Of a stretch of DNA of 64,000 nt, positions 35,591-48,410 are shown one piece after another (position 1 is the stretch's first letter; each line of letters starts with the position of its first letter). The notes below the pieces were generated by a model. It had not been told where the DNA came from. It saw nothing but the letters and a program-made list of their open reading frames with translations, and did no database searches. The DNA comes from Octopus sinensis (Eukaryota): contig NC_043000.1 of NCBI RefSeq assembly GCF_006345805.1, positions 47,926,001 through 47,990,000 on the forward strand. The letters run 5' to 3'. The position numbers were made by a program, and so were the translations under genes.

Positions 35591-36212
35591 TTACATAGAA
35601 CTGATGAGATAGTTGTAAAATTAGTATTACTTCTCTGCAAGTAGTGCCTTCATTTCTGATTTCCTGTGAAAATATATCTAGTTATGGGGAAATATTACCT
35701 TACTTGGAAACAGAGGAGGATCGATGACAGCAAGAGCATCCAGCCATAAAAAAATCCTCTTCAACACAAACTCTGTTTGAACCATGTGAGCATGGAAAAG
35801 GGCACATCGAAATGATGACGATGATGATGATGATGATGACAACAATGATAACAATGACAACGATGACGATGACAGCAATGATGATTATACATACACACAC
35901 ATACACACATGCATACATATATACATACACACACATGCACATGCATACAAGTATGTAATTCAATTGCAATTAAAAGGTATGGCTTTGGCTCTTATAGAGT
36001 CACAGTGATTATGCTCGAGAGCTATGTTGGCTGAAGAATTGAATGCACATTGGCAAGATCAATGGTGAATCCACGATAAGAATGCAGGCTTATGGATATC
36101 TATGTGAGAGTATGAGAGTGTCTGAAGAAGAGAAAGAGAAAAAGGAGGAAGAGCGAAAGAAATCTAAATGTGGAAACAAGAATTGAAGAAACGGAGTTTA
36201 GGAGAAGGTATG

Positions 36213-36246
<34 letters not shown>

Positions 36247-36528
36247 TGTATGTATGTATGTATGTATGTATGTATGTATGTATGTATGTATGTATGTATG
36301 TATGTATGTATGTATGTATGAATGTGTGTATGTACATGTATATGTATGTATGTGTGTGTATGTATGAATGTATGTATGAATGTGTGTATGTACATGTATA
36401 TGTATGTATGTGTGTGTATGTATGAATGTATATATGTGTGCATGAATATATGTATGTATGAATGTATATATGCATTTATGCATATGTATGTATGCATTTA
36501 TGAATACATGTATGAATGCATGTATCTA

Positions 36529-37657
36529 TGCTGTGGTATAAAAAAAGTTCCCAGACTAGTTTTAGCATGCCAACAGATGGCAGCACACAGTATGCATGAG
36601 CAGTGAGAGCAAGCAGTGACCTTCATGAAGCAGTGTATCAAGTGACATTGCTGTGTTTACTTTGCAAGTTGGGAACTTTGTGTTTTTGTGATCAGGTGTA
36701 TGCTGTAGTCTGTGATTTCTGTCAAGGACAGGAAATTGGAACAAAGAACCAAGGAGAAATTTTGTGTTAAACTTGGGAAGTCTGCAACAGAAGCATTGAG
36801 TATGCTTCAGCAGACTTACAGTGATGTGGTGATGGGTCGCACACAATATATTTTGAGCAGCATGGGTGCACAACAGTACCACAACGGCATCAAGAGTGTG
36901 CACACCATTTATTTCAACAACTGCAATATTGTGCATTGAGAATTCATCTCCTAGGGACAGACCATCAATCAAGAGTTCTATCACAATATTTTGAAGTGTT
37001 TGAGGGAAGACATTTGATGAAAGCAACTTGATTTGTGGAGTATGAAGAAATGGATTCTTCACGATGACAATGCACCATCACTGAGCACTCCTCACTTATG
37101 AGTTTCTCAGCAAAAAAAGCATGGTATTGCTTCCACACCCATCCTATTTGCCGGATTTAGTACTTGCCAATATTCACTTCATCCCCAAAATGAAAATGTA
37201 ACTCAAAGATCACAGTTTTACCACCATTGTCAAGATCAGGAAGGAATCACAGAAGATCCTTGACTCGCTTACAGAAAATTAATTCCAGGCCAGATTTCAA
37301 CTGACGAGCTGGCAGAAACATAAGCACGCTGGCTGGAATGCCTAGCGGTAGTTCGCATGTCGCTACGTTCTGAGTTCAAATTCTGCCGAGGTCGACTTTG
37401 CCTTTTATCCCTTCGGGGTCGATTAAATAAGTACCAGTTACGCACTGGGGTCCATATAATTGACTTAATCCGTTTGTCTGTCCTTGTTTGTCCCTTCTGT
37501 GTGTAGCCCCTTGTGGGCAGTGAAGAAATAAGGAACCCTGGGACTGGTGTGTTGTTCTACAAGGTGACTATTTCGAAGGAGACAATGTCAAAACCTAGGT
37601 AAATAAGTTATTTTTTATTAAACGTATCTAATCCAGGAATTTGTTTATACCACCTCG
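36529..37657 (+). mobile_element. Internally deleted mariner transposon interrupted by a SINE
   Basis: Imperfect TIRs (GTGGTATAAA.AAA.TTCC) flanked by TA; EQRTKEKFCVKLGKSATE, WILHDDNAP, WDWCVVLQGDYFEGD. Confidence 0.85.
37301..37530 (+). mobile_element. SINE family A tail-2, nested in mariner
   Basis: Matches 14934-15162. Confidence 0.9.
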
Positions 37658-37701
37658 TATGTAGGTATGTATGTATGTATGTATGTATGTATGTATGTAT
37701 G

Positions 37702-37732
<31 letters not shown>

Positions 37733-38313
37733 TGCAGGTATGTATGTAAGCATATATACATCAATAAATCAGAGAGAGGGAGTAAAATTCCATAAAGAAA
37801 TAAGAAATAGGATTCACAGGATAGAAGCATGTATGTATAAAAGTATGTGTGTGAGAGAGAGAAAGAGGAGGAGAGAGAGGGAGAGAGGAAGAGAGAGAGA
37901 GAAAGAGAATGGATAAGATTTGCAACAAAGATTTTTTTTTCTTCCTTAAAGAATGAGGAGTGTTTAAAAATCGATTAGAGAAGATAAAAAAAAAGAAAAA
38001 AGATACAGTAATGGAAAGAAAACAGGAAAATGAGAAAAAGAGTTGTTTCATGAGAAATGACAAATGATTTAAAACTAGTTAAAGAATATTAAAAAAAGAC
38101 TGAAGGATGGAAATAAAGAAAGGTATATGGGGAGGAGAGAGAAAGAAGGAAGCAGAGAGCCAGAAAGTAAAAAGTAAAGAGAAGAGAGAATATAAGAGAA
38201 TAAATAGTAAAACAAAATGACATTACATATCTATCTATCTATCTATTTATCTGATCTATGTATGTGTGTGTATGTATGTGCGTGTGTGTGTATATATATA
38301 TATATACATATAT

Positions 38314-38370
<57 letters not shown>

Positions 38371-38499
38371 TATACATGCATACATATATATATATAACAT
38401 ATATACATACATACATACATATATATATATAACATATACACATATGTGTGTGCATTATATATATACATACATATATATATATATATATATTTATATATT

Positions 38500-38549
<50 letters not shown>

Positions 38550-39439
38550 TTATTATATATATATATATATTGATATATTGATATATATACACATACAAGT
38601 GTATATTTATGTATACATATGTCTATACACGTGCAGACAGAAAAAAACGACAGAGCAACTAACACACAGGCCGACAAATACATGATTTTTAAATCATATA
38701 AAACTGTTATAAATATATACACACGCACAAACACACACACACACTAACATATATATGTATGTATATATATACGTGTGTGTGTGTGTGTATGCATACACAC
38801 ACACAGATACAAAGAAGCAAGGATTTTTAAAATGTCTGAAGTAGGAATGAAAACATGTTCTAAATGAGATTTTAAGGGGAATTAAGAAATAAATAAATAA
38901 AAATAGCAATAAATAAAGCATGTAAAACAAAAACACATAATGAAAACACACTAGTAAAAAAAGGTTTCCCAATATAAATTTTAAAAAGTAAACATTTTCA
39001 TGAAAATATATTTAAATGAAATGGGAGTAGAAGGAGGAGTATCAGGGGAAGAAGTGTGAGGAGAAGAAAATAAAAATAAAATAAAATAAAAATTATGAAA
39101 AATGAAGATTGAAGAGAATGTAAAGGAAGTGGAAGAAAACAGCTTAAGAAATTTATAAGTCTTTTTTTTTTTCCTTTCCTTAATTTAAATATGTTTTTAA
39201 AGCTCGAGAGAATTAAATAGAATTGGAATATCAGGTGTTTGTATTTTCATACTTGAATTTTCTGTAATTACTTGTATCCATTCGTGGGTTAGTAGTTCCT
39301 TAGGAATCTAAAAGAGGAAAAAAGGAAGATGAAAATATAAATTCTAATGTTTTTGCTTTATTTTTGTTGCTTCACTGTTGTTGTTTTTCTTTTATTGTTT
39401 AGTCAGAAGAACAAGGAAGAACAAGGTAGGGCAATGTGG

Positions 39440-39875
39440 AGTCCTTCCAAACCTTTGCACATGCCACTCACCTACAAACAATTGAAATTGATTGATTGAA
39501 CAATTGACTGATGTTGTTAATTTTCACATTGGCTACCTGGAAGTTATTAACTGAGCTAAAAAGGAATTGCTTGGTAGTTAAACCTATGCAAGAGGCTTCA
39601 TATCAAAGGTAGGAAAAAACCTAAACCCTGGTTAAATTTCACTCACATTCAAAACAAAAATGCTCACAAAGTCTGCTTTTAGGAAAATTTCCTATGTTGA
39701 AAATACTTTAAACCTTAAGACCAATACTGCAATTGAAGATTCTTACCAAGTAAGTTGTAAAACTAACGTTACATTACATTTTTCTGCATAGCTTTAGCCC
39801 AGCAGATTTATATGATGTTGCAATTCCCCTTGAAACTAGAAAGCGGCCAGGCCATCACCTTTTATTGAAGTTGGA
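39440..39875 (+). mobile_element. Probable L1/Tx1 ORF1 remnant
   Basis: Ends IPLKLESGQAITF.EVG, resembling the IPEQIEIQEGLHLQVIVE motif at ~41380; many stops. Confidence 0.4.
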
Positions 39876-41588
39876 TGTGAACATGCTACCCGAACTAGAA
39901 TTCTGGTGGTCAGTGAAGTGTATTAGATGACCCTAGCAGGATACTAGGACTGAGATTCCAGAAGGAAATAGGAGTTGGGATGGAGTTGATAATCCTGATT
40001 CAGGTGAAAGGTGAGACACTTTAAAGGATCCCTGAGCAAATAGAAATTCAAGAAGGGCTGCATCTGCAGGTGATAGTGGAGAGTGTAAGGCTTAGATGCT
40101 TATTGGAAGGTATGGCCTTTGTTGCTGGTCATGTCCAGTACCACCAATTTACTCTCTTGGTCTAGGAAAATAATCCGTAATATCAATCCAGAGTTTTACA
40201 AAAAATCACAGTGACTACATCTCCCAATGCCAGTTAATTTGGGGATATGTATACTTTGTAGCCATTGTAGATGGGTGCATGGGCTCGTACCTCAGAAATT
40301 TCAGCCTCACCGATGGCAACCATGTCAATGTCTAATGACCTGAGATCATTGAACAGGTGACATTGCTTCGAAAGTGACCCAGGCTATGTATATTAACACT
40401 GCCTGTTCTGAGTAAGGCCCTGTTAGTCAAAAGAGGGGAAGTGAGAGTGAGACCACTTAATATATCCTCATGGAATGGCAGAATATTCATCCAAGTGGTT
40501 AGATGTGGGCATTTTGACAAATAAATGTTTGTAAATCCATTTGCTAGTGATCTCATAGAAATCTTCGATTTTGCTTTTAGCTTCTTTTCAGTTACGAAGG
40601 GTTTTTCAGGATTTTTATGTGTTGTGTTGCTTGTTAGAGTGATGACATCATTTTGTGTAATGTTTGTATGTTGAAATAAATAATTAATTAATTCTTTGTT
40701 GTTTGAGTCTATGGCCATATAGTTCATGAATATTGTTCTCGTTATTTGTTTGAGCGCAGTTTAGTTGAGCTTGTGTTTATTGTTGTTGTGGTGTTAGAGT
40801 AACATAATTTAAATGCATCTCTCCCATTCACTTGAACAATCCAGGATGTTTTGTTGACGTAATTTTTGTGTTTTTTACCTTTTCATTTCTTTCTCTAATG
40901 AACCTTTTGCCATTTAGAGGCATCCTCATTTCAGTCACCACATGACATGTCTGGGTGGTTCAAAGCAGGGAGAGGCATGTCTTGTGGGAACAGTTGCTTT
41001 GTTCTGTTGTTTCTGGTTTCCTGTTCTTGTTGTTGGTGAAGTAACATTTGAGGACTGTGCTTCTTTTATTGTGTTTGCTGCTGTTGCTTCCAATGTTGGA
41101 ATGTTGCTGTTGCTGTTGTCGAAGGGTCTGTTTTTATTCTTGTTGCTGGTTCTGCAGCCACTATTGCTGGAGTTGTGTTTTTTTGTTTGTGTTGTTATTG
41201 CTTTTGCCATTTTAAATGCTTCTGTTGTTGACAATGTTGAAGTTGTAATGTTGGTAGTAGTGGAGGCCTTCTTTCAGCTGTCATTTCCTGTTGTTGTTTA
41301 TGAGAGATGGGATGGGGTCGACTGAAGATCTCGGGGTGATTGTTGTTGCCATAGTTGTGGCATCTAAGCCTTTCTCTCTCCACTATCACCTGCAGATGCA
41401 GCCCTTCTTGAATTTCTATTTGCTCAGGGATCCTTTAAAGTGTTTCACCTTTCACCTGAATCAGGATTATCAGCTCCATCCCAACTCCTATTTCCTTCTG
41501 GAATCTCAGTCCTAGTATCCTGCTAGGGTCATCTAATACAATACACTTCACTGACCACCAGAATTCTAGTTCGGGTAGCATGTTCACA
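39876..41588. repeat. ~225-bp inverted duplication (39876-40099 versus 41360-41588)
   Basis: Four substitutions and one 5-bp indel counted between the arms. Confidence 0.9.
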
Positions 41589-41900
41589 GTTTTTCCCCTG
41601 ATCCCTTTTCATCCCTGCTAAATTGGTATTAGTGCAAGACAGTAGAGAGTTTCAAAGCCAGAATGTTTGCATAAAAATTCCTTTGTATGTAGCTACACTG
41701 GCTGGCATAAGTGATAAAATCTATGTCTTCCCAATTGTTTCTCAAGCACTGTTCAGTTTTCTCTCAGGAGATTTACTCTAGTCTATACCTCTGAAATGAT
41801 ATAAAGCCTATATCACTGCTCGATATCTTTCTTTGCTTTAAAAGTTGCAGGAGTATCAAGACTGTAACCCTCTTCCTGAGTTTGCTTTTGCGTTTCTCTG
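40100..41900 (-). mobile_element. L1/Tx1 remnant: ORF1 knuckle, linker, APE N-terminus
   Basis: RIPEQIEI..VIVERERLRCHNYGNNNH; LRTGSVNIHSL..DIDMVAIGEAEI..IFLDQESKLVVLD. Confidence 0.65.
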
Positions 41901-42419
41901 TTTGTTCCTGGTATTAATAGTTTTTATCCAATGGCACTAAATAAAAAAGTTATGGGTGGCAGTGATAAGCAGTGGTGTGTATAAATTTAAAATTATTATC
42001 AGTTTATATATGCTTGAGAAATATTCAAACCCATAATAAAGCCATTCACTGTGATTTGCCATGGAGAAAATTTCTTGCTGTAGACAATTGGGGTAAATAC
42101 CCCTAAAATCAGCTTACATTGCCATCTACACAGACTGTGAGGCTCAAGCATTTTGGAGAGGGTAGGTGGTGCTGTGAGCTGATTTTAGATGCATTTACAT
42201 CATTTGTCTACAGACAGAAACTTTCTCCATGATAAAGCAGTGAGTGGCCTTCTTACATGTTCGAATATGCCTCAAGTATATTAGTATTGGTAATAATGTT
42301 GTATTTATACATGTCACTGCTTAGCATTGCTACCCTGTAATTTGTTTATGGTGAGTGAGCCACTGATTAGTGCTACCAGTTATTCTACAATGATGAGAAT
42401 ATCATAACAGAAACAATCT

Positions 42420-42840
42420 CTTTTATTTCTTTATTGCCCACAAGGGGCTAAACATAGAGGGGATAAACAAGGACAGACAAACGGATTAAGTCGACTGTAT
42501 CGACCCCAGTGCGTAACTGGTACTTATTTAATCGATCCCGAAAGGATGAAAGGCAAAGTTGACCTTGGCGGAATTTGAACACAGAACATAATGGCAGATG
42601 AAATACCTATTTCTTTACTACCCACAAGGGGCTAAACACAGAGAGGACAAACAAGGACAGACAAACGGATTAAGTCGATTATATCGACCCAAGTACATAA
42701 CTGGTACTTATTTAATCGACCCCGAAAGGATGAAAAGCAAAGTCGACCTCGGCGGAATTTGAACTCAGAACGTAACTGCAGACGAAATATGGCTACACAT
42801 TTCACCCGGCATGCTAATGTTTCTGCCAGCTCGCCGCCTT
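42420..42840 (-). mobile_element. SINE family A tail-2 dimer
   Basis: Same arrangement and junction as 18015-18395. Confidence 0.9.
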
Positions 42841-43231
42841 CAGAAACAAAAAAACAATCTTTCTTATCAGTTCACAGTGCACCCTGTCCAGTTTCTCTGA
42901 CTGAAGAGGAGATAACCACTCCAAAATGCTTCCATCTCACAGTCTGGTTCTATTTACACGTATTTGTCTCCAGTGACAAATTTTCTCCATTCACAAAGCA
43001 CAATGAATGGTTTTCATATGGATTTGAATACACCCCCAAGCATATTTGAACTGGGTAATAAGCTTGTATAAAGGAAATGCAATACAGCAAATAAATGACT
43101 CTCTGCTAAGCTTTTTTATATTCCTGCTGTTACATTTGTTGTTGTTGCTTATTACTAATGTGGCTATAGGAGCTTCATTGTTGCTACAACCATTTGTTTC
43201 TATTGGGATGGTGGCATTGGCAATGATTTAC

Positions 43232-43545
43232 ATGGAGCCACATGGCCTAGTGGTTAGAGCAGCAGACTCATGGTCGAGGGATCGCGGGTTCGAATCTCAG
43301 ACCGGGCGATGTGTGTGTTTATGACTGAAACACCTAAGCTCCACACGACTTCGGCAGAACATAATGGCAAATTTCTGCTGACTCTTTCACCACAACTTTC
43401 TCTCACTCTTTCCTCCTGTATCTTGCAGCTCACCTGCGATGGACTGGCATCCCATCCAGGTGGGGAGCCTATATGCCAAAGAAACTGGGAAAGTGGCCCT
43501 TATGAGCCAGGCATAGCTCGAGAAGGAACAAACAACATCAAACAT
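43232..43545 (+). mobile_element. SINE family C
   Basis: Matches 8363-8670. Confidence 0.85.
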
Positions 43546-44439
43546 TGGCAATGATTTTTTTGTTTCTTGCTGGTGATGTGTGTGATGGCATTGGTTTTTA
43601 CTACTACCACATGTTACTGTCTGGCACATCGTTGCTGCTGAAACTGTTGTTATTGTTGTTTCAGCTGTTGTTGTTGCTGTTTCTGTTGCTGCTGCTGCTG
43701 CTGTTGTTTTGTTGTTGTTGTTGTTGTCTATATGCAATACTAAATCGTTAGTGAAATGTTAGTGTTTGTATTATATAAGTAGTTTATTGCAAACATTCAC
43801 ACTAAGCCTAATGACCAATTAGCCAGCACATGTAAATACTCTAACAGAATTAGCCATTTAAAAAGTCTCTTCTTGGCTGCTAGACTTGCCAGAAATATCA
43901 GCCAAATGGTCTTCAAATCACACTCTACCTGCTTAGAAAAAAATATATTGAGTAATGTGATACTGGTTGCCCTCATATAGATAAGAAAAAAAGAACAAGA
44001 AAGTGACAGTTGAAATGCTTTTAATCATAGATTTATTTGATCAGAGCTCACCTGGGAATAAACCATGCCAACAAGTACACTAATGAAGTACAGTTAAAAT
44101 CACAACCAGACAGATTCAGTCCCCCTTGTTTGTCACAAAAGAATTGCAGATGCTACGAGTGAAAGATGTTTTTATGTGAGCAAAGTATGAAAATGTATGA
44201 AAACTGAAGCATGCACTAAAGTATTTATCACAAGAAACAAAAATGTTAGTACCTAGTTAAAATGATCCATCCATTGTTGCCATCCACTATTCTTGGAAGG
44301 CTCGTGGGTTTAGATTCTTCTGGCAGCTCCTTCATAAGGTCCTATCAGAAGCAACCGTCATCGTACTTCTCTACTGAATTCTCAACTATGATCAACTGAG
44401 ACTGTGGATACAATATCCAGCTAGCTCACTTACAGTCTG

Positions 44440-44900
44440 CACCTTACAGACTGATTAGCTAATATTTGCAGATGACATGGGAGCTACTTGGTTCATCAGA
44501 AGATAATCTCCAAATGAGTTTGCTCTTAAGTGCTGTAAGGGAAAGATCACAATAAGTGTTGCAAAGAGTGAGACATTGTTCTTCTCAAGAGTCTTCTGGT
44601 GCACTCTTCATGTTAATGGAACATCACTGAGCCAAATGGAGGAGTTTAAGTATCTCAGGACCATATTCATTATTGATGAGATGCAGGAGGCCAAACTGGG
44701 CACTAGATTTGCATTTACTGTATAGTAATGCACCAGCATTTGATCTTCAGAAGATGGTAAAGTTGGTAGAGAAACCAAGCTTATTTTCTTTACTTTGGTT
44801 TTTTTTGTGCCTATCCTTCCCTATAGCCACGAATTCTGGTTAACAACATAAGAATTAAAATGACACACATTCTAAATAAAGAATTGGATTTTACTCATCA
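44440..44900 (+). mobile_element. Old RTE-type RT fragment
   Basis: LIFADDM..SEDNLQ..ISVAKSE..VNGTSLSQMEEFKYL. Confidence 0.55.
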
Positions 44901-45429
44901 ATTCCTGCAAATAAAGGAGAAAAGGTTATTTATATACGAGGCATGCTATTTAACTGTACCAAGAGGCATGCTATATGACTGTACCAAGAAAATTAAAGCA
45001 TACAGAAAATAAGTAACTCTGGTTGAGAAAATCTACAGTGCCCCAAAAGTACCTTATCTAAGAATACATATTCTCAAAACAAAACAATACCAAATATAGA
45101 AATAGAATTCTTAAAAGAAAGAATATATAATGAAACTGTAAACAAGTTGAAAAACAAACAATAAAGAAGAGAGGAGAATAAAAACTTTGAAGTTTAAAAT
45201 ATTGAGAACAAAGGTAGATTTGGCACACCTTTCATCTTTTGTTCGTTTTGATCATAGGATTGCAGCCATGCTTGAGCATTACTTGAAGGGTTTAGTTGCA
45301 CAAATCAATTCCAGTACTTTTTTTTTTTAAATCTAGAACATAACACAATGCTCCTATACAAATTGCAGCATTTATAATTTGTTGTAGTCCCATGGTCATG
45401 TGATTAGCTCGAACCATATGCAAAACATT

Positions 45430-45900
45430 GGCAGCATCAACATCTTCATCATTTTTACACGTTTTTCCATGCTTGCAGGGATTGGACAGATCCTCTCCAA
45501 CATTGCTGCATTCCTTTGTGAGGTTCACCTTTCATCATCTCTGTCCGTCTTCTTTGATCTTTTTTCCTCCACTAGTTCCTCCCATATGAATTTCATGTTA
45601 TTTCTTCGCACCCCTATCATACCAGCATAGCCATCTCTCTTCCCCATGCTGTAATCGATTTCTCTTCAACCCAATTTTTCCTCTCAACTTGTCTGTGCCT
45701 CATTATTCATGCACAGTAACATTACACACCCTGCAGAATACGCATGCTTTGTTTCTTTCCAATCTTCATGTCTCCTTAGCATTCACTGCCAGCATTTTAC
45801 TTGCATATAACATCACATTTTATACTTAAGCATCATGCAATGTACTCTTTCTCTTGAGAGAATTCCCTTGTAGTCAGCAGAGGCAATGCTTTCTAAATTT
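45430..45900 (-). mobile_element. Old RTE LINE 3' end
   Basis: Homologous to 23440-23760; degenerate tail CCCTGCAAGCATGGAAAAACGTGTAAAAATGATGAAGATG. Confidence 0.6.
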
Positions 45901-46694
45901 TTTCCCTCCTATTGTAGCACTTGCTACTCTGCAAAAAATAAAAGTTCTTTATTAGCCAGCAAGGTTATATAAAAATTGTATAAGAATGCAGAAATTTTAT
46001 TATATTCTTATTATTTAGAGGTTGATTCATTCATCATAACTAGTTCCTTCAAGCTAAAATATTGGTCATGATATAAATAAGAGAACCATGTGTGCCCTAC
46101 CATCCACTGTTAGTGCACATACATACAGAATGATGAAAAAAAAAGCTGAAATAGAAATTTTCCCAAAATATTCAAATTCTTATTATAGTTTTTATTCTAA
46201 AGTTTTATTATATTCTTAAGCATAGTAGATATAGAATTTTAGATTCAAATATTGCTTGCATAAAATAAAATTTTGAGGACATATTTTGAAAAAAAACATG
46301 TTCATACCTTACATTCAAAGATATAACCTAACAAGTTTCATTCATATATATATTTTTTTGTATGAGAATTCATTGTTATATGTATCGAAAAAATTTTTTT
46401 AAATATGCACCAAAAATCAATATTATTCAAAGAAATCAACACAGAATATTTTTTTTCATTGTTCCCGTGTGAGGAACTTTTCAGTAGCAGTGCTATAATT
46501 ATATCGCCTGTTGCAAGTTAATAGTTGCACAGATGGAGTAAATGAGAGCACAGATGACCACAGACAGAAGGTCAGTCAGGAGTGTATACATACATACATA
46601 CATACATACATACATACATACATACATACATACATACATACATACATACATACATACATACATACATACATACATGCATGCATATTTAAATATA

Positions 46695-46945
46695 CAGGTT
46701 ACGGTGAATATATTGTTGTCTAAATTATGCAAAAGTGAAAATAACATTGACATCTCATTTTAATAGATATATTTAACAAAATTACATAAAAATATCTTGA
46801 AATACTAAAGAGTAAATTTATTCAAGAAAATGGCCATTGGCTTCAACCATGGCCTCCAGACAACTTTGGAATCTCCTGCAACTTTTCTGGACATTCTCAT
46901 TGTTTAAGTTGGTGAATATTGCCATAATCCTTGCCTTCAGTTCAT
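46695..46945 (-). mobile_element. 3' terminal fragment of the DD37D family
   Basis: TA|CAGGTTACGGTGAATATATTGTTGTC matches the TIR at 28625; ELKARIMAIFTNL..LEAMVEANG. Confidence 0.85.
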
Positions 46946-47720
46946 CTGTTTATTGCTCCTGAGCATCTGCCACATACAAAAAATATCTTCCCAGTTAGCC
47001 TTCCTTTGATATTGCGGCACCTCTTATGTGTCTATAGCTTACACTGGGTACATCTTATAGAGTTTCTACCTACGCCTTTTCTACAAATCGAGCAGGGCCA
47101 ACTACCTGAAGGGATTTGTGGTGTGCCTGTGTTCCTACTTATTAATACTTTAGTTTTAGCTAGGTTGACTCTAAGGCTCTTCGATTTTAATCCTTGTTTC
47201 CATACTTGAAATTTCTCCTCTAATTCTGATGGTGACTCAGCAATTAGAGCAAGTTCGTCAGCATAGAAGAGCTCCCAGTGGCATCCTGTCTTGAATTCCT
47301 CTGTTATTGCCTGGAGAACTATGATAAATAGGAGGGGGCTGAGGACTGAACCTTGGTGGACCCCTACCTCTACCCGGAATTCTTCACTGTACTCGTTGCC
47401 AACCCTCACCTTACTGACTGCGTCCCTGTACATGGCTTGCACAGCTCTCACTAACCATTCATCTATCCCTAGTTTCCTCATTGACCACCAGATAAGGGAT
47501 CGGGGGACCCTATCAAAAGCTTTATCCATGTCAATGAAAGCCAGGTGCAGAGGTTTATCTTTGTCTAGGTATTTCTCCTGCATCTGTCCCTGGCACGAAC
47601 CCAAACTGCATCTCATCTAAACTGACTCTCTCCCTAATCAGTTGGGCTATGACCCTCTCCATGACCTTCATTACCTGATCCTACAATTTGATATCTCTGT
47701 AATTATTTGTATCTAAAGCA
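46945..47720 (-). mobile_element. RTE LINE RT fragment with C4HC3 (PHD-like) finger
   Basis: AFIDMDKAFDRVP..GVHQGSVLSP..FYADEL..NLAKTK, then WPCSICRKGVGRNSIRCTQCKL*THKRC..VCGRC. Confidence 0.9.
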
Positions 47721-47745
47721 TGTATATATATATATATATATATAT

Positions 47746-48086
47746 ATAAAGTAAATCTGTAACAAGGATGTCAAGGTATTAGTGCACTATGGCCATTTCA
47801 GGCAGCTCTATTTAATCGAACAATGCAAGCATTACCTCAATTTGAAATACACCGCCTTCCTCGGAAGCATAAGACCATATAAATTTCCAACATACAGGAT
47901 ACTCCATTAAAAATAAAAAATTATAATGGAGTATCCTGTATACAGGACCCTGTATGGCCGTATGCATCCAAGGAAGGCTGCATATTTCAAAATGATGCAA
48001 TGCTTGCATTGTTCGATTAAATGAAGCCCCTTGAAATGGCTGTAGTGCACTAATACTTTGACAACCTTGTTACTTATTTACTTTTA
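47746..48086. mobile_element. Palindromic element P4 (~160-bp arms)
   Basis: Perfect 18-bp central stem ATACAGGATACTCCATTA / TAATGGAGTATCCTGTAT; symmetry out to AAAGTAAAT / ATTTACTTT. Confidence 0.9.
47783..47870 (-). ncRNA. Hammerhead-like motif with C4 core variant
   Basis: TGCTT-CCGAGGA-AGGCGG..CTGCCT-GAAA-TGGCCA-TA|GTGCA; mirror copy at 47963-48049 (+) with CCAAGGA. Confidence 0.5.
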
Positions 48087-48196
48087 TTTCACCTTATTTT
48101 GTGCTGTGTAGATAATACTGGACTGACTTAGTGCCTTAATTCAAGTACCTAATTCAACTGAATCTTGAGCATATATATATATATATATATATATAT

Positions 48197-48410
48197 AGAC
48201 CGGAGTAAACACATAAATGTGAAACAAGGTGGAAAAAAGAGTACTCAAATACCAGTGGTAGAGTAATATGCTTTATTTTAAGCAGCAGAAAATTCAACAA
48301 AATCTGTTACTCTGAGTTTCTCGTTGCCGTTCATCAGACAGTTTTTGCTGAACGGCAACGAGAAACTCAGAGTAACAGATTTTGTTGAATTTTCTGCTGC
48401 TTAAAATAAA

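Noticed and set aside
45292-45528. EGF-like peptide SNPCKHGKTCKN
   Set aside because: The DNA is the degenerate RTE 3' tail (CCATGC.AGCATGGAAAA..CG..AAA.GATGATG) directly downstream of RTE ORF remnants; there is no complete six-Cys pattern or splice context.
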